Positions 51,901-64,000 of a stretch of 64,000 nucleotides of DNA are shown here, piece by piece. Position 1 is the stretch's first letter; each line of letters opens with the position of its first letter. The notes under the pieces were generated by a model. That model saw only the letters and a list, made by a program, of their open reading frames with translations. It searched no databases and had not been told where the DNA came from. Position numbers and translations under genes: made by a program. This stretch comes from Octopus bimaculoides. Taxonomy: Eukaryota. The DNA is taken from positions 26,859,311-26,923,310 of the forward strand of contig NC_068986.1 of NCBI RefSeq assembly GCF_001194135.2, given 5' to 3'.

Positions 51901-54689
51901 AAGTTGAAATGCTGTCTAATTAATTACTGTTAATGTTAAACATAGAAATAAATGCTGGCTGCCACCAAGCAACAAAAACAATAATTAAAAATGTTATTTT
52001 TATAGCCATTAACATCATAGTAATTTGTGGGCAGTCAGCCGAGGTGGTAGAGTGTTGGAGTAAATACTTTTTGGAGGATTTAGTTCTGTTTATCTACATT
52101 CTGAGTTCAAATCCCACCAAGGTTGACTTTGCTTTTTTATACCACTAGGGAGAATTGATAAATTTGTCTTAGTCCAGTGACATAGCTAGAGAGTTTAGAA
52201 ACAAGGGAAACCCTTGAGTTTGCTTGCCGTCACTCTCCCAACCCTATACACGCTTATACTGCAGACCTGAAATTTTCACTTCCATTAAAAGTGCCATCAA
52301 GGGCAGATTGTTCATCATCATTATCATCATCATCATTTAATGTTTGCATGGGTTGGACAGTTTGGCATGGAGCTGGCTAGCAGGGAGCTATCCAAACTCC
52401 AGCTGTCTGTTGAGGCATGGTTTGTATGGCTGGATGCACTTCCTAATGCCAACCACTTAAGTGCATGCTGGTTGCGTTTTATGTGCCACCAGCATGGGTG
52501 TGTTCATGCAGCACTGGCATAAGTGCATTTATGTAGCTCCGACATGGGTGCTTCTCATGTGGCACCAGCACCTGAAAGAACAAGCCTGTATGTGTGGAAG
52601 ACAGCAATTTTACTTAGCTTGATTTGTCTTATCAAGTACAGCAAATCTGCCCTGTTTTAGTCTTATGTCTGTCAAAAGTCTACAGACTTATTAGACCTGA
52701 GTTTATCTTTATTTTTCCATGGTATATAAGTCCTGAATGGGTTACCAGTCCCTCACTGGGTTAAGCTCTGCTGGCATTCACTTTTAGCTGAATAGACTGA
52801 AGGGATGTGAAATGAAGTGTTTTGCTCAAGGACACAATACCTTGCCCTGTCTGGAAACCAAAACCATGACCTTATGATTGTTAGTTCCACACCTTCACCA
52901 CTAGGCTATGCAACTTCACAAATTAGTACCAGTAATTTTGGGAGGTATAATTTGATCAATTATATCCCTTCTCTTCAGATTTCTTCCATTGTCCCAATGC
53001 AAGGAATCTGCATTGTTGTTGTTATGGTTTCAATGTTTCTTATCTAATATAAGATGTTACAGCTAAGCTATATCCTATCTGATATCTGATGTATGACATA
53101 TAGTAATGCATTGTTATTATTGTTTTAAATATTTTATCGTGGGTGGGGGAGTTCTCTTTATTTGTATGTTTCTTCCATCTTGTTATTCCAACTTTTTTTT
53201 CTGAGAACCATTGTTGTTCTTCTCATGTTCATTTTTCAATTTGTATTGTTGCAAGTTTTTGTAATTAAGCTAATTTCAAAACCAGTTTATATTAGGTTAA
53301 CGTTGTTAATAGTAAATAAACTTGTTATCTGAAAGGAAATCTCCCTCTCTTTCTCTCTCCATTTTCTAGTCTATCTTGGTTTATTTATCTGATGGTTTGA
53401 TTTTGATATTTCCTTATAATATCTTCAGAAACCTTTTAAACTATTTGAAACAGATTTGCATACAATACAGTTGTTTCCATAGTGAAGATTATTGGAAGCC
53501 AGGCTCTTTTATGTATGTGTGTGTATACAGATGTTTGTATATACGTCTTTACACGCAGATAGATATATAGATAGATAGATATATAGATAGATAGATTGAT
53601 AGGAGACAAAGCTAAACTTTATTGTAACAAAAGAAAAAAAAGTTTCTCCTTTTACCTTTCTCTTACAGTTGTTGAAAGTATCCTTGGATAATATTGGGAA
53701 AGCCTGAAGCTTTGATATATTTTTTTACTTATCTTTCCATTTTATTCTGTCAAATTTTCAATTGTTTATTATTATTATTATTATTATTATGCAGTATTCA
53801 GTTTTATAGGCGTTCATATGAAGTACAACGCACAGACATCCTAAGGGGCATAAGAGCTTCTTTTTCCAACTTTTTCTTTTTTACTCTACCTGCAAAAATT
53901 AGTCATTCCTCTGTAATGACCTTGTATTATCTATATTCTATGCTAAGCATGCACTGGTCTAAGAGTGGTAACAAATTGTTTCTAAGAAAATTGCCATAGG
54001 CTCCAGTTTGGCTTTCAAACGAAGTCAATGTACATTATATATATCTATACATGTATGTATTTGCTTTTAATTATTGATATTTAACTTTGGATGTATCGGA
54101 AGATTTTGATACTAAGTTTTGATTCAATACTCATATGAATAAGGTGGCACGTTGGCAAGATTGTTAACTGGTCAAAATAAAATGTTTAGTGGCATTTCTT
54201 CGAGTTCTTTATGTTCCGAGTTGAAATTTCACTGAGGTCGAGTTTGCCTTTTGTCCTTTCAGGGTTGATAAATTCCATACCAGTTGAACACTAGAGTCGA
54301 TGTAATAGGAAAACGCTTCTTATGGCATTGTTCCAGCATGGCCACAGCCTCTGGTTGAAACTGATAATGGAATAAATGAATAGAATAAATATTAGCATGG
54401 GCATGGCTGTGTGGATATGGTCAGTTTTATTTCCCTGCATGCGTACTTAGGACAAATGTCTTCTACTGAATCCCCAGGCCAGCCAATGCATTGTGAGTGG
54501 AATTGGTTGACTGAAACTGTATGCAAGTCTATCAAGAGATGCCTTTTTCTGCACATCAAAAGCATATGGCGAATGTGTTTACAGTCTTACAGTTTGCCAT
54601 CCTTGCAAATTGTTTCCTCATATTTAAAAATCTCTGCAAGTCCTTCTTATTGACACTGTTTTGTGCATAAAATATAATTGTGTTTGTGT

Positions 54690-54975
54690 GTGTGCTGTAT
54701 CCCCAAAACATGCATCGAGAGTGATAAAAATCAAACACCCAGTCAACATCATGGTGTTTGGAGTGATCACTAGTGATGGCAACCATCTTCCCACATGGAC
54801 TCAAACTCAACATGGGACCATACATCAAGGAGGTAGTGCTGCCCTGGGGGGAAGAGGATGGCTACTGGAAGACCCTACATGACTAGGGTCTGGCTACATG
54901 ACTCTGCACCTTGCCACATAAGCAGGAGAACCCAGTCATGGCTGTCAGACAATTTCTGCAACCACATCACCCCTT
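54690..54975 (+). pseudogene. Frameshifted Tc1/mariner (maT-like) transposase fragment
   Basis: AVSPK..KHPVNIMVFGVITSDG, then in another frame GRPY..VWLHDSAPCHISRRTQSWLSDNFCNHITP. It breaks off before the third catalytic residue. Confidence 0.8.
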
Positions 54976-56356
54976 CCTTCCTTCCCTCCCTTCCCTTCCT
55001 TCCTTCCNNNNNNNNNNCTCCCTTCCCTTCCTTCCTTCGAATAAAATTTGGTTGCTATTTTTAGCAGTTTGAGCAACTGCATAGGGTTTCCCCACATTGG
55101 TTTGATCTCTCATGGATGTCAGATTACAGTGGGGCTGATAAAGATAGCACATTATTTTGGATGTAGGAACATCATTTTATATTTGAAAGATTTAATTTTA
55201 AGATTGTTCACGAATAGATATGTCATGTTATAGTTCTTTATTATAGATGAAAATGCTTGTTTCTTTTTTTCTTAAATTTTATTTTTAGAATTTAGTGTCT
55301 CAGAGTTCCTGGTCTTATTTTAATTACTTTGTGATCTTCCATCACTATCTCTCTCCTTCTTGTTTCTTCTCCTCGTTATCATCAACATCTGAAGATAATC
55401 ATGATCTGACTACTAAGATAGAATGAAAATGATATTTAGACATTATCGTGTTGCAATACAATAATACAGTTAAAAATAGCTGGAGAAATATATTTATATT
55501 ATATTCCTAATTTAAGAAATAGAGTTTGTCAAACCTTATGTAGTTTATTGGTAACAAGGTTGGCCATCAATCAAAAGGTTCATAGTTCAACTCACGTCAA
55601 TAGGCCTGTTGTTCTTTCCTGTCTCAAATTGATGTTTATAATGCCTAGAATCATCTTTCTGCAGTCTGAGTGATGTATGCTTTTTGTAGTCTACATTAGC
55701 TGCAATTTTCTTGGATAGTCACATTCCTGATAAAGAGTGTTACTTTATTAGATAGTGGCGTTCCCTATGTATTTCTTGCTTTATGTATATAGAAGAAGAC
55801 CCAAGTTTTTACAGTATATATTTTTAGCAAGTTTAAGTTGCAAAAGTCCTGATTGTGGACCGAGAATATTTGCTGCTTCTAATACCCCCCCCCCTGTTTT
55901 CCTGTCTCTGGATTTTGCATAGTGAGGACTACAAAATGGTATTCATAAATTATTATCCTCATTGTCTTTGTAAGTGTGACCAAGTCTGTAAAATATGTCA
56001 TTCCTATTTCCATGGCCTAGTGGTTAGGCTATTGCTCTCAGGATTGTTAGATCATGGTTTCAATTCCAGAACTGGTTGGTGCATTGTGTTTTTGAGCAAA
56101 AAAAAAAAATCATTTTATTTTACTCAACTGTGAGTTTCATAATAGCTGGGAAGTTAACCTATGATTGATTGATGTCCCATTCAAGAGGGAGTGTTATAAT
56201 ATCAATAACTTACACATTGTGGAAGCCAGGTTAAGGTGTTTGCTTCCTAATCTTATGGTTTGGTGTTCAGCCTCACTGTGTGGCACCTCTACTATATTCC
56301 TGGGCTGACCAATGCCATGTGTGTGGATTTAGTAGATGGAAACTTAAAAATAGCCT

Positions 56357-56390
<34 letters not shown>

Positions 56391-56794
56391 TGATGGTTGT
56401 AAATGAGTGTCACTGTCATACAAGCAGTGCTATTCATTTCCAATATTCTGTGGAAATGTATCGGCCCNNNNNNNNNNNNNNNNNNNNNNNNNNNNNNNNN
56501 NNNNNNNNNNNNNNNNNNNNNNNNNNNNNNNNNNNNNNNNNNNNNNNNNNNNNNNNNNNNNNNNNNNNNNNNNNNNNNNNNNNNNNNNNNNNNNNNNNNN
56601 NNNNNNNNNNNNNNNNNNNNNNNNNNNNNNNNNNNNNNNNNNNNNNNNNNNNNNNNNNNNNNNNNNNNNNNNNNNNNNNNNNNNNNNNNNNNNNNGTGAC
56701 AATAATGTTAATATTTTAGCCATGCAGTATTATCTTTAACACATTTCTCTGCCTATTGAAGATGTAATGTATGTTTGGTTATATATAGCCTTAG

Positions 56795-57045
56795 TCATCA
56801 TCATCATTGTTTAACATCCGCTTTCCATGCTGGCATGGGTTGGACGATTTGACTGAGGACTGGTGAAACCAGATGGCTACACCAGGCTCCAATCTGATCT
56901 GGCAGAGTTTCTACAGCTGGATGCTCTTCCTAACGCCAACCACTCAGAGAGTGTAGTGGGTGCTTTTACGTGCCACCGGCACGAGGGCCAGTCAGGCGGT
57001 ACTGGCAACGGCCACGCTCAAAATGGTGTATTTTACGTGCCTGTC
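56795..57045 (-). mobile_element. Young RTE 3'-end copy
   Basis: catcatcatcattgtttaacatccgctttccatgctggc..ggccacgctcaaaatggtgtattttacgtgcc; close to the 22723 copy. Confidence 0.88.
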
Positions 57046-58529
57046 ATTGTGGTGTTTTCTTTCCAGGGACCAGTTCACCATACAGCAGGTCTCCTGTTAA
57101 ATTTAAACTGAAATTAATTGATTTATTAAATCCTATTTATTTGTTCAGATTCCATTAATTTCCTGCTAGAAGAATTAAATTCTAAGTTACACACATCAAC
57201 AACACCTCTTGTTTTATAATCTTACTCTAATAATCAACTCCTTTAAGGAACTTCTGGATTCTATCATATCAGCTTCATCTTATTAATTTACAAGTTTTAA
57301 AAAAATTTTTACATTTAAAAAATTTTTTTCTTTAAAAGTCAGGAAAATTTATCTTATATTTTATTTTTTAATGCTAAATTTATTCCTTAGATTTCATTTT
57401 ACATATCATGAGCAACTGTTTTCCCATCATGTTTTACTGCAGTACTCTGTTTCTAACTGCTGCTAGACTATTTATCTCTCAAAAATCAAATGTAGCAATT
57501 TTCCACTAATTATGTAAGAACATCAATGTTGTTGAGGCTGTAATTTTCTGTGATTGGATTTTTACACATAGAAAGCAATATCTACGCACGCTTCCATCAA
57601 CAGCCATTGAAAAATGATGACCTATCATCAACCTTCCACTATTTGTTCAGACTTACTATTCCTTTCTGATAGCTTTCAAATTTTTTACTGTTCATTAATC
57701 TTGTCTCTCATTCTCTCACTTCTCCAGGAAATATGCTATCCATTGCACCTGCTTTGCTACATTTTCTGATATTTGTTACAACACAAACATAACTTCACAT
57801 CATCCTGTTTTGTCATCACCTCCTTATAGCAAATAATTAAATGTATGAAAGCCTAGTTTTGAAACATAATTGTTGTATATATATAATTGCGTGTTTCTAT
57901 TGCACTTGTAACCTGTCACCAAAATTGTTGTTTGGTATGTAATGACTATGATGTTACATTTATTCATAAACAGGTTTCTTGCTTGGGTTTTCTTGAGGCA
58001 AAGCAAAATAGATTTGTTGACAGTGTACTTAATTCCATTATGGTGTCCAGTGTTAATTAAAATAATCACCACAAACTAATTGGTACTGAAATTTGTTTGA
58101 AGTTGTTTTACTTTGTCCCAGAAAGTTGAATTTATGCTACAAGACTGCAAAAGGCACATGGCGTAGTCTTTAGCGTGTTGCACTTACAATCGTATGACTG
58201 AAATTTCAATTCCAAGACTGGGCAGTGCTTTGTGTTCTTTGTGCAAAACACTTTATTCCACATAGCTCCTGTCCTCTCTGCTGTAAATCAACAATCCTGC
58301 ATTGAACTGGTGTCCTGTTCAGAGGGAATGTTACTTATACACCATGGGAAGTGGGTAACTAGCCCTACAAGTCCTAAGACTTAATACAATAAAATGTATA
58401 AGTTAAAAGAAACTAGTATTGTGTTTATATGTTTAACATATTATGGTTATTGGCATTTAATGGTAGGTGTGTTTATAATGCATAAAATAGTTGTTACTTT
58501 GTCATTTTGTTTGCTTTAAAAGGCAGCTA

Positions 58530-58950
58530 TGCTGGTGACATATAAAGGGCACCCGTGCCGGTGACACGTAAAGGGCACCCGTGCCGGTGACACATAAAGG
58601 GCACTTCTGCCGGTGACACGTAAAGGGGCACCTGTGTCAGTGACACGTAAAGGGGCACCTGTACCGGTGACACATAAAGGGTGCCTGTGCTGGTGACATG
58701 TAAAGGGCACCTGTGCTAGCGACACGTAAAGGGCACCTGTGCTGGTGACATGTAAAGGGCACCTGTGCCGGTGACATGTAAAGGGGCACCTGTGCCGGTG
58801 ACACGTTAAGAGCACCTGTGCCAGTGACAGGTAAAGGGCACCTGTGCCGGTGACAGGTAAAGGGGCACCTGTGCCGGTGACATGTTAAAGGGCACCTGTG
58901 CCGGTGACACGTAAAGGGCACCTGTGCCAGTGACACGTTAAGGGCACCTG
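58530..58950 (+). repeat. 26-27-bp minisatellite (GTGCCGGTGACACGTAAAGGGCACCT) x about 16, embedded in an RTE 3' end
   Basis: 16 units counted. The array is followed by an RTE tail ending aaacggatgctaaatgatgatgat at about 59065. Confidence 0.95.
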
Positions 58951-60746
58951 GGACAGAAACCAAGCTAAAGCAGACTGGAACCTGCTGCACCTCTTTGGCT
59001 TACCAGTTCCAGTCAAACTGTCTAATCCATACCAATGTGGAAAAACGGATGCTAAATGATGATGATTGTCTATCTTGATATATCTTTTATTGTTCATGTG
59101 GGATGTTGTGTAAAGAAGCTTTCACTTAAGCATGGGGAATTAGAATGAAGTGCTTTTAACTAGATGCAATCATAACAGATAAACAAGCGTGGCACAAAAT
59201 CTTTAGTGCTAAATGGAAAGAGAACCTACTCAAAGCTAAATTTATTAATCTCTAGAAACATTACTATTGTTTTTATGAACTTTTTCCTGGTATATTTGAT
59301 CTTATTATTGTTATCTGGTCCAAAATACATTGTATTCAAATCACTGAGATTATTATGACAGTTAATGAGTTAAGATATCTTAAACCTAATTAGTGACATC
59401 ATTCATATGATCAAGGAGTTCTCTACATGGCTTTGTGTTACATCATCATCATCATCATCATTTGATGTCCACTTTACCATGGCTTGCATGAGTCAGACCA
59501 AATTTGTTGAGGCAGATTTTCTATAGCCAGATGCCCTTCTTGTTGCCAACACTCACCTGTTTCCAAACAAAGTAATATTTTCCCTAAACTAGACATGCCT
59601 TTCAGAGAAGATTGGAAATGAGCAACTTTGCTTATATGATGATAATGCTTATTTACACACACACACATTCACAACAGTCTTTACTTTCCCAATTCCCAGA
59701 TCATGTAAAAGGGATGTTTTTTGTCATTATTAAATGGTGGTGGTGGTGGGGGGGAGACAGCTAAGAATGAAATAACTTTAAAAATGATTTGAGTTTGATT
59801 TACCTTATTAGAAAATAATTATCAGTTTTATTTAATCAAGTAATGATTTGCACATTAAAACGTACCCAGTTAGCGTCGTCATTGTCGTCATCGTCGTCCT
59901 CCTCCTCCTCAGTGTGGTGAATTTGTGTGTGTAGATGCATGCAGATGTGGCTGTGTTGTTAATCTTGCTTACCAACCAGATGGGCAGGTATCTCCTACCA
60001 CAGTGCTGGGCTGACTAAGGCCTTGTGATTGGATTTGGTTGACAGAAACTAAAAAAGAAGCCCATTGTGTATAAATGTGTGTGTGTGTGTGTGCATGTGC
60101 ATGGGTGTGTTGCTTTGCCTTGAAATTGCTCAATAGTTATAAATATCTATCACCATCATACAACAGATGTCTTTTATTTCCAACCTCTCATGAAAGCATG
60201 GGGGAAATATTACTGTTCTTTGAAGCAAGTGAAGGTTGACAACAAGAAGGGCATCTGGCCATAGAAAATTTACCTTAACAGATTCTGTCCAACCCATGCA
60301 AGCATGAAAGAGTGGACATTTAAATGATGATGATGATGATGATGATGATGATATATTCTTGGTGAAAACATCAACTGTCAACAGTTGTCAGAATTACGGT
60401 TGATGCCTTTTTTGCATCTGATGGTATCCATATTGTTTTCGTAGTCTCAATGTAGTCAATGTCAGCAAAACAGTTTTGATTTGTGGTGTTTATTCTAACA
60501 GTAAGGCTTTTGTTATTTTAAGGTTCTTTGCTGTTCTCTCAGTATTAGATGACTGTGGCAAGGATGTTTACTTCTGTGTTTGATGAAGTCAACATGCAGA
60601 GCACAACATCATTGCAAGCTGACATGTGCATCGGACATGCTGTGATGGCATGCTCAGAAATATATATATATATATATATACACACACTTTGTTTTTGTAT
60701 CCGGTTTGCAAGATTTCTTCTGTGAACTTGTGTGTTGAAGCAAATT

Positions 60747-60941
60747 ATGTTGTGTCTGGGGAGAGTCATATTGTCTTAATGCCTTATTATCTAACACACT
60801 CACTGGTTCGATTTCCATTCATTTTTTTGTATATTTTTTATTTCTTTTTATATGGAAGAAAAAATATGAGTGGAAATCGAACCGGTGAGTGTGTTAGATA
60901 ATAAGGCATTAAGACAATATGACTCTCCCCAGACATAACAT
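60747..60941. repeat. 76-bp inverted repeat with a 43-nt AT-rich loop
   Basis: Arms 60747-60822 and 60866-60941; 73 of 76 positions are Watson-Crick complementary. Confidence 0.95.
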
Positions 60942-61225
60942 GCATATANNNNNNNNNNNNNNNNNNNNNNNNNNNNNNNNNNNNNNNNNNNNNNNNNNNN
61001 NNNNNNNNNNNNNNNNNNNNNNNNNNNNNNNNNNNNNNNNNNNNNNNNNNNNNNNNNNNNNNNNNNNNNNNNNNNNNNNNNNNNNNNNNNNNNNNNNNNN
61101 NNNNNNNNNNNNNNNNNNNNNNNNNNNNNNNNNNNNNNNNNNNNNNNNNNNNNNNNNNNNNNNNNNNNNNNNNNNNNNNNNNNNNNNNNNNNNNNNNNNN
61201 NNNNNNNNNNNNNNNNNNNNNNNNN

Positions 61226-61268
<43 letters not shown>

Positions 61269-61962
61269 ACTCTTTTACTTGTTTCAGTCATTTGACTGCA
61301 GCCATGCTGGAGCACCTCCTTTATAGTCGAGCAAATTGACCCCAGGACTTATTCTTTGGAAGCCTACTACTCTACTTATTCTCTCGATCTCTTTTGCCAA
61401 ACTGCTAAGTTATGGAGACGTAAACACACCAGCATCGGTTGTCAAGCGATATTGGAGGGACAAACACAGACTCACAAACACACACACACAACTGGATGCT
61501 CTTCCCATCACTAACCACTCACCCATGAAGTGGAAAAGGAAGTTTTGTCATTCAGGTGAACTGGAGCAAGCAGAGTAACATACCTTGCTAGTAGCACACT
61601 ATATATATTGGCTCCAGATCAGAGATTAGAACTTGAGACCATGCAGCCATTACTCTAGTGTTCGACAATCTCAAACCTTTGTCAGACAAACTTATAGATG
61701 AGCGTGGCCGTTTTCGTGCGGGTGACACGTAAAAGCACCCACTACACTCTCTGAGTGGTTGGCGTTAGGAAGGGCATCCAGCTGTAGAAACTCTGCCAAA
61801 TTAGACTTGAGCCTGGTGTTGCCATCNNNNNNNNNNNNNNNNNNNNNNNNNNNNNNNNNNNNNNNNNNNNNNNNNNNNNNNNNNNNNNNNNNNNNNNNNN
61901 NNNNNNNNNNNNNNNNNNNNNNNNNNNNNNNNNNNNNNNNNNNNNNNNNNNNNNNNNNNNNN

Positions 61963-61994
<32 letters not shown>

Positions 61995-62456
61995 GACACG
62001 CTTCTTTCAGTTTCCGTCTACCAAATCCACTCACAAGGCTTTGGTCGGCTTAAGGCTTTGGTCGGCCCAAGGCTATAGTAGAAGACACTTGCCCAAGCTG
62101 CTACGCAGTGGGACTGAACCTGGAACCATGTGGTTGGTATGCGCAGTGACTAGTTTCAAGTGTACCACTCCTGTTGCTACAAACTGCTGCGCTGAAACTT
62201 CACACCTTAAATCCTCCCCACACCATTTTCTATATACATATTTTTTTAAATGTTACTTTTAATGGCTTTGGACATGTTGTTTTATGATACAGTATATTAA
62301 AACCAGTCCAAACTGTTTTGTTTATGTTTCTTTTTTTTTTATGTTTCTTATAAGTATCTATTCTGGTGTATATGCGCCACACACACACACAAACACACAC
62401 ACACACACGCACAAACACACACATGTACTCTCTTTTCCTGCTCTTTACCCATTTAG

Positions 62457-62565
62457 AACTGCAAAACAATTTTATGAATGTCATTAATATTGGCAAAGTG
62501 TTTGAGTTACCAACCATTGGATCAGATAAAGACAGCTATAGCAAACGGCCTTTTAGTATTTCATG
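62457..62565 (+). CDS. SMG5: Probable SMG5 exon (E-LQNNFMNVINIGKVFELPTIGSDKDSYSKRPFSIS-W)
   Basis: Strong acceptor ctcttttcctgctctttacccatttag and strong donor TG|gtaaga. Only the phase-1 frame is open, matching the 20041 donor. Peptide similarity to SMG5 is weak. Confidence 0.55.
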
Positions 62566-63009
62566 GTAAGAAGTGAAGTGAAAAGAGCAATTTAGTAGAA
62601 AAAGCTATTGGTTTTGCTGCGTCTTTGAATTTCAATTGACTTTTGGTAGTGTTAACGTCTTCAAATATTAATCTGTCCACAAGATGGAAGATGCCAACAC
62701 TTTTAAATAGCTGTTCTTTATTATTTAAATGTATTGGCATGTTCCTTGTTCAGATATTTGCAGTAAATATAGTGGCTGTGTTAGGTTCTTTGTTAAGCAG
62801 AGTATAGCCTACTCTGTGCTGCATCCTGGGTGAATTGCATCTAGTTTCTAGTTTCTGGTTTCATTTTGAAGTGTATTCTACTGCTTCTGTTAGATATTAT
62901 AACATTGCAGTGTCAGAGGTACATGCATTAGCTTGGGTGAGTAGTGTTTGCTCTTACCCCATGGGTAATCTTTGTGTGTGTGTATGTGTGTGTTTGGTGG
63001 AGTTCGTCT

Positions 63010-63270
63010 TTTATTTTGTTTCAGTCACTGAACTGCAGCATTACGGGGATATAACCAAACCAACACTGGCTGTCAAGCAGGGGTTGGAAACAAATACACA
63101 CACATATTTATGACAGGCTTCCACACAGTTTCTGTCTACCAAATTCACTCAAGGCATTTGTCAGTTTGAGGCTGTAAAAGTTAAAGATACTTCCCTCAGG
63201 TGCTGTGCAGTGGGACTGAAACCAAAACCACATGGTTGCAAAATGTGCTTCTTAACCACACAGTCATGGC
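63010..63270 (-). mobile_element. SINE family A
   Basis: tttgtttcagtcactg..cagtttctgtctaccaaattcactc..gggactgaaacc..cttaaccacacagtcatg. Confidence 0.75.
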
Positions 63271-64000
63271 TACTGTATGCAGATACCACAAAGAAAATAC
63301 TTAATTGTATTATTCATCTGGGGGTTCCTTTCTACTAAAGACATCTAAAGGTTTGAAATTCATGGACTTCGCTTTCATGTAGAGCAAACCTTATCATTCT
63401 TTAGAGTGCTGAATATGATTGACCGTCACAGTGATTGGTCAGCTGAATGGTTCAAATGACAATCAAGCTGGTGTTGCTTGTTAAGGAAGCTGACCAATCT
63501 GTGTCACATACGAGTATGCCATAATAATCTTCATGCAACTTTATAGCTTTAAATGAGATAGGTTGTTGTTGAGCCCCAATCATCCCCTCTTTTTTTTTCA
63601 GCATAGTGTTATAAGAACAAAACACCCAATGTGTTTCCTTTTGTTAAGATAGTAGGAAGTGATTTGAGAAAAATCTAGCTGCTGTTTCTTACAAGACTGC
63701 AGAACAGTTTCTCCATTGAATTTCATATGCAATGTTTCATTCTTTTTGTTAGAAAACTGGTTTTACAACTGGATGCTCTTCCCATCACTAACCACTCAGC
63801 CATGAAGTGGAAAAGGAAGTTTTGTCATTCAGGTGAACTGGAGCAAGCAGAGTAACATACCTTGCTAGTAGCACACTATATATATTGGCTCCAGATCAGA
63901 GATTAGAACTTGAGACCATGCAGCCATTACTCTAGTGTTCGACAATCTCAAACCTTTGTCAGACAAACTTATAGATTGATAGATAATCTGTTATTTCATT

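Larger units (their letters stand above)
61488..63976. repeat. 212-bp direct duplication (61488-61699 and 63765-63976)
   Basis: Identical except for one base (ctcaccc versus ctcagcc). Confidence 0.9.

Noticed and set aside
57148-57218. Acceptor followed by DSINFLLEELNSK, like PIN-domain DGIRYLEAEF
   Set aside because: No usable donor before the stop codon, and the preceding PIN exons are absent.
58530-58950. CRISPR-like array or Cys/His-rich protein ORFs
   Set aside because: Units are head-to-tail with no unique spacers, the context is eukaryotic, and the ORFs are repeat translations.

Overview
Eukaryotic, AT-rich, gap-riddled genomic DNA. The microsatellite load and the tRNA-SINE, RTE and MITE repertoire look like an octopus (coleoid cephalopod) draft assembly; this is inference. 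The whole window lies inside one + strand gene, the NMD factor SMG5. Six in-phase GT-AG exons (762-864, 4659-5150, 7214-7318, 7954-8008, 9202-9331, 19963-20041) splice into one frame: LKRRRRRH..DEESDLSEG, an acidic/Ala-rich linker, then NEGLLHVVKVLCDWMKCHASVITTCAQ|SSQSLWCRLSVLLNFLP. This matches my recollection of human SMG5 (RRRR..DSDLSEG; EGLLPAVKVFLDWL..CAQSSQSLWNRLSVLLNLLP). A probable further exon is at 62457-62565 and a weaker one at 43855 runs into an N gap. The PIN-domain exons are not visible. The rest is intron: RTE and CR1 LINE remnants, at least three SINE families, hAT and piggyBac-type MITEs, Tc1/mariner relics, and mini- and microsatellites. The most unusual feature is the amount of fold-back sequence in the pre-mRNA: an 890-bp palindrome built from two 3' halves of a DD41D-type transposon, a 76-bp hairpin whose only mismatches are G-U pairs on the sense strand, an exact 152-bp inverted repeat, and several inverted retroposon pairs. 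A 26-bp minisatellite has also expanded out of an RTE 3' UTR. No prokaryote-type system, CRISPR array, rRNA or genuine tRNA was found.
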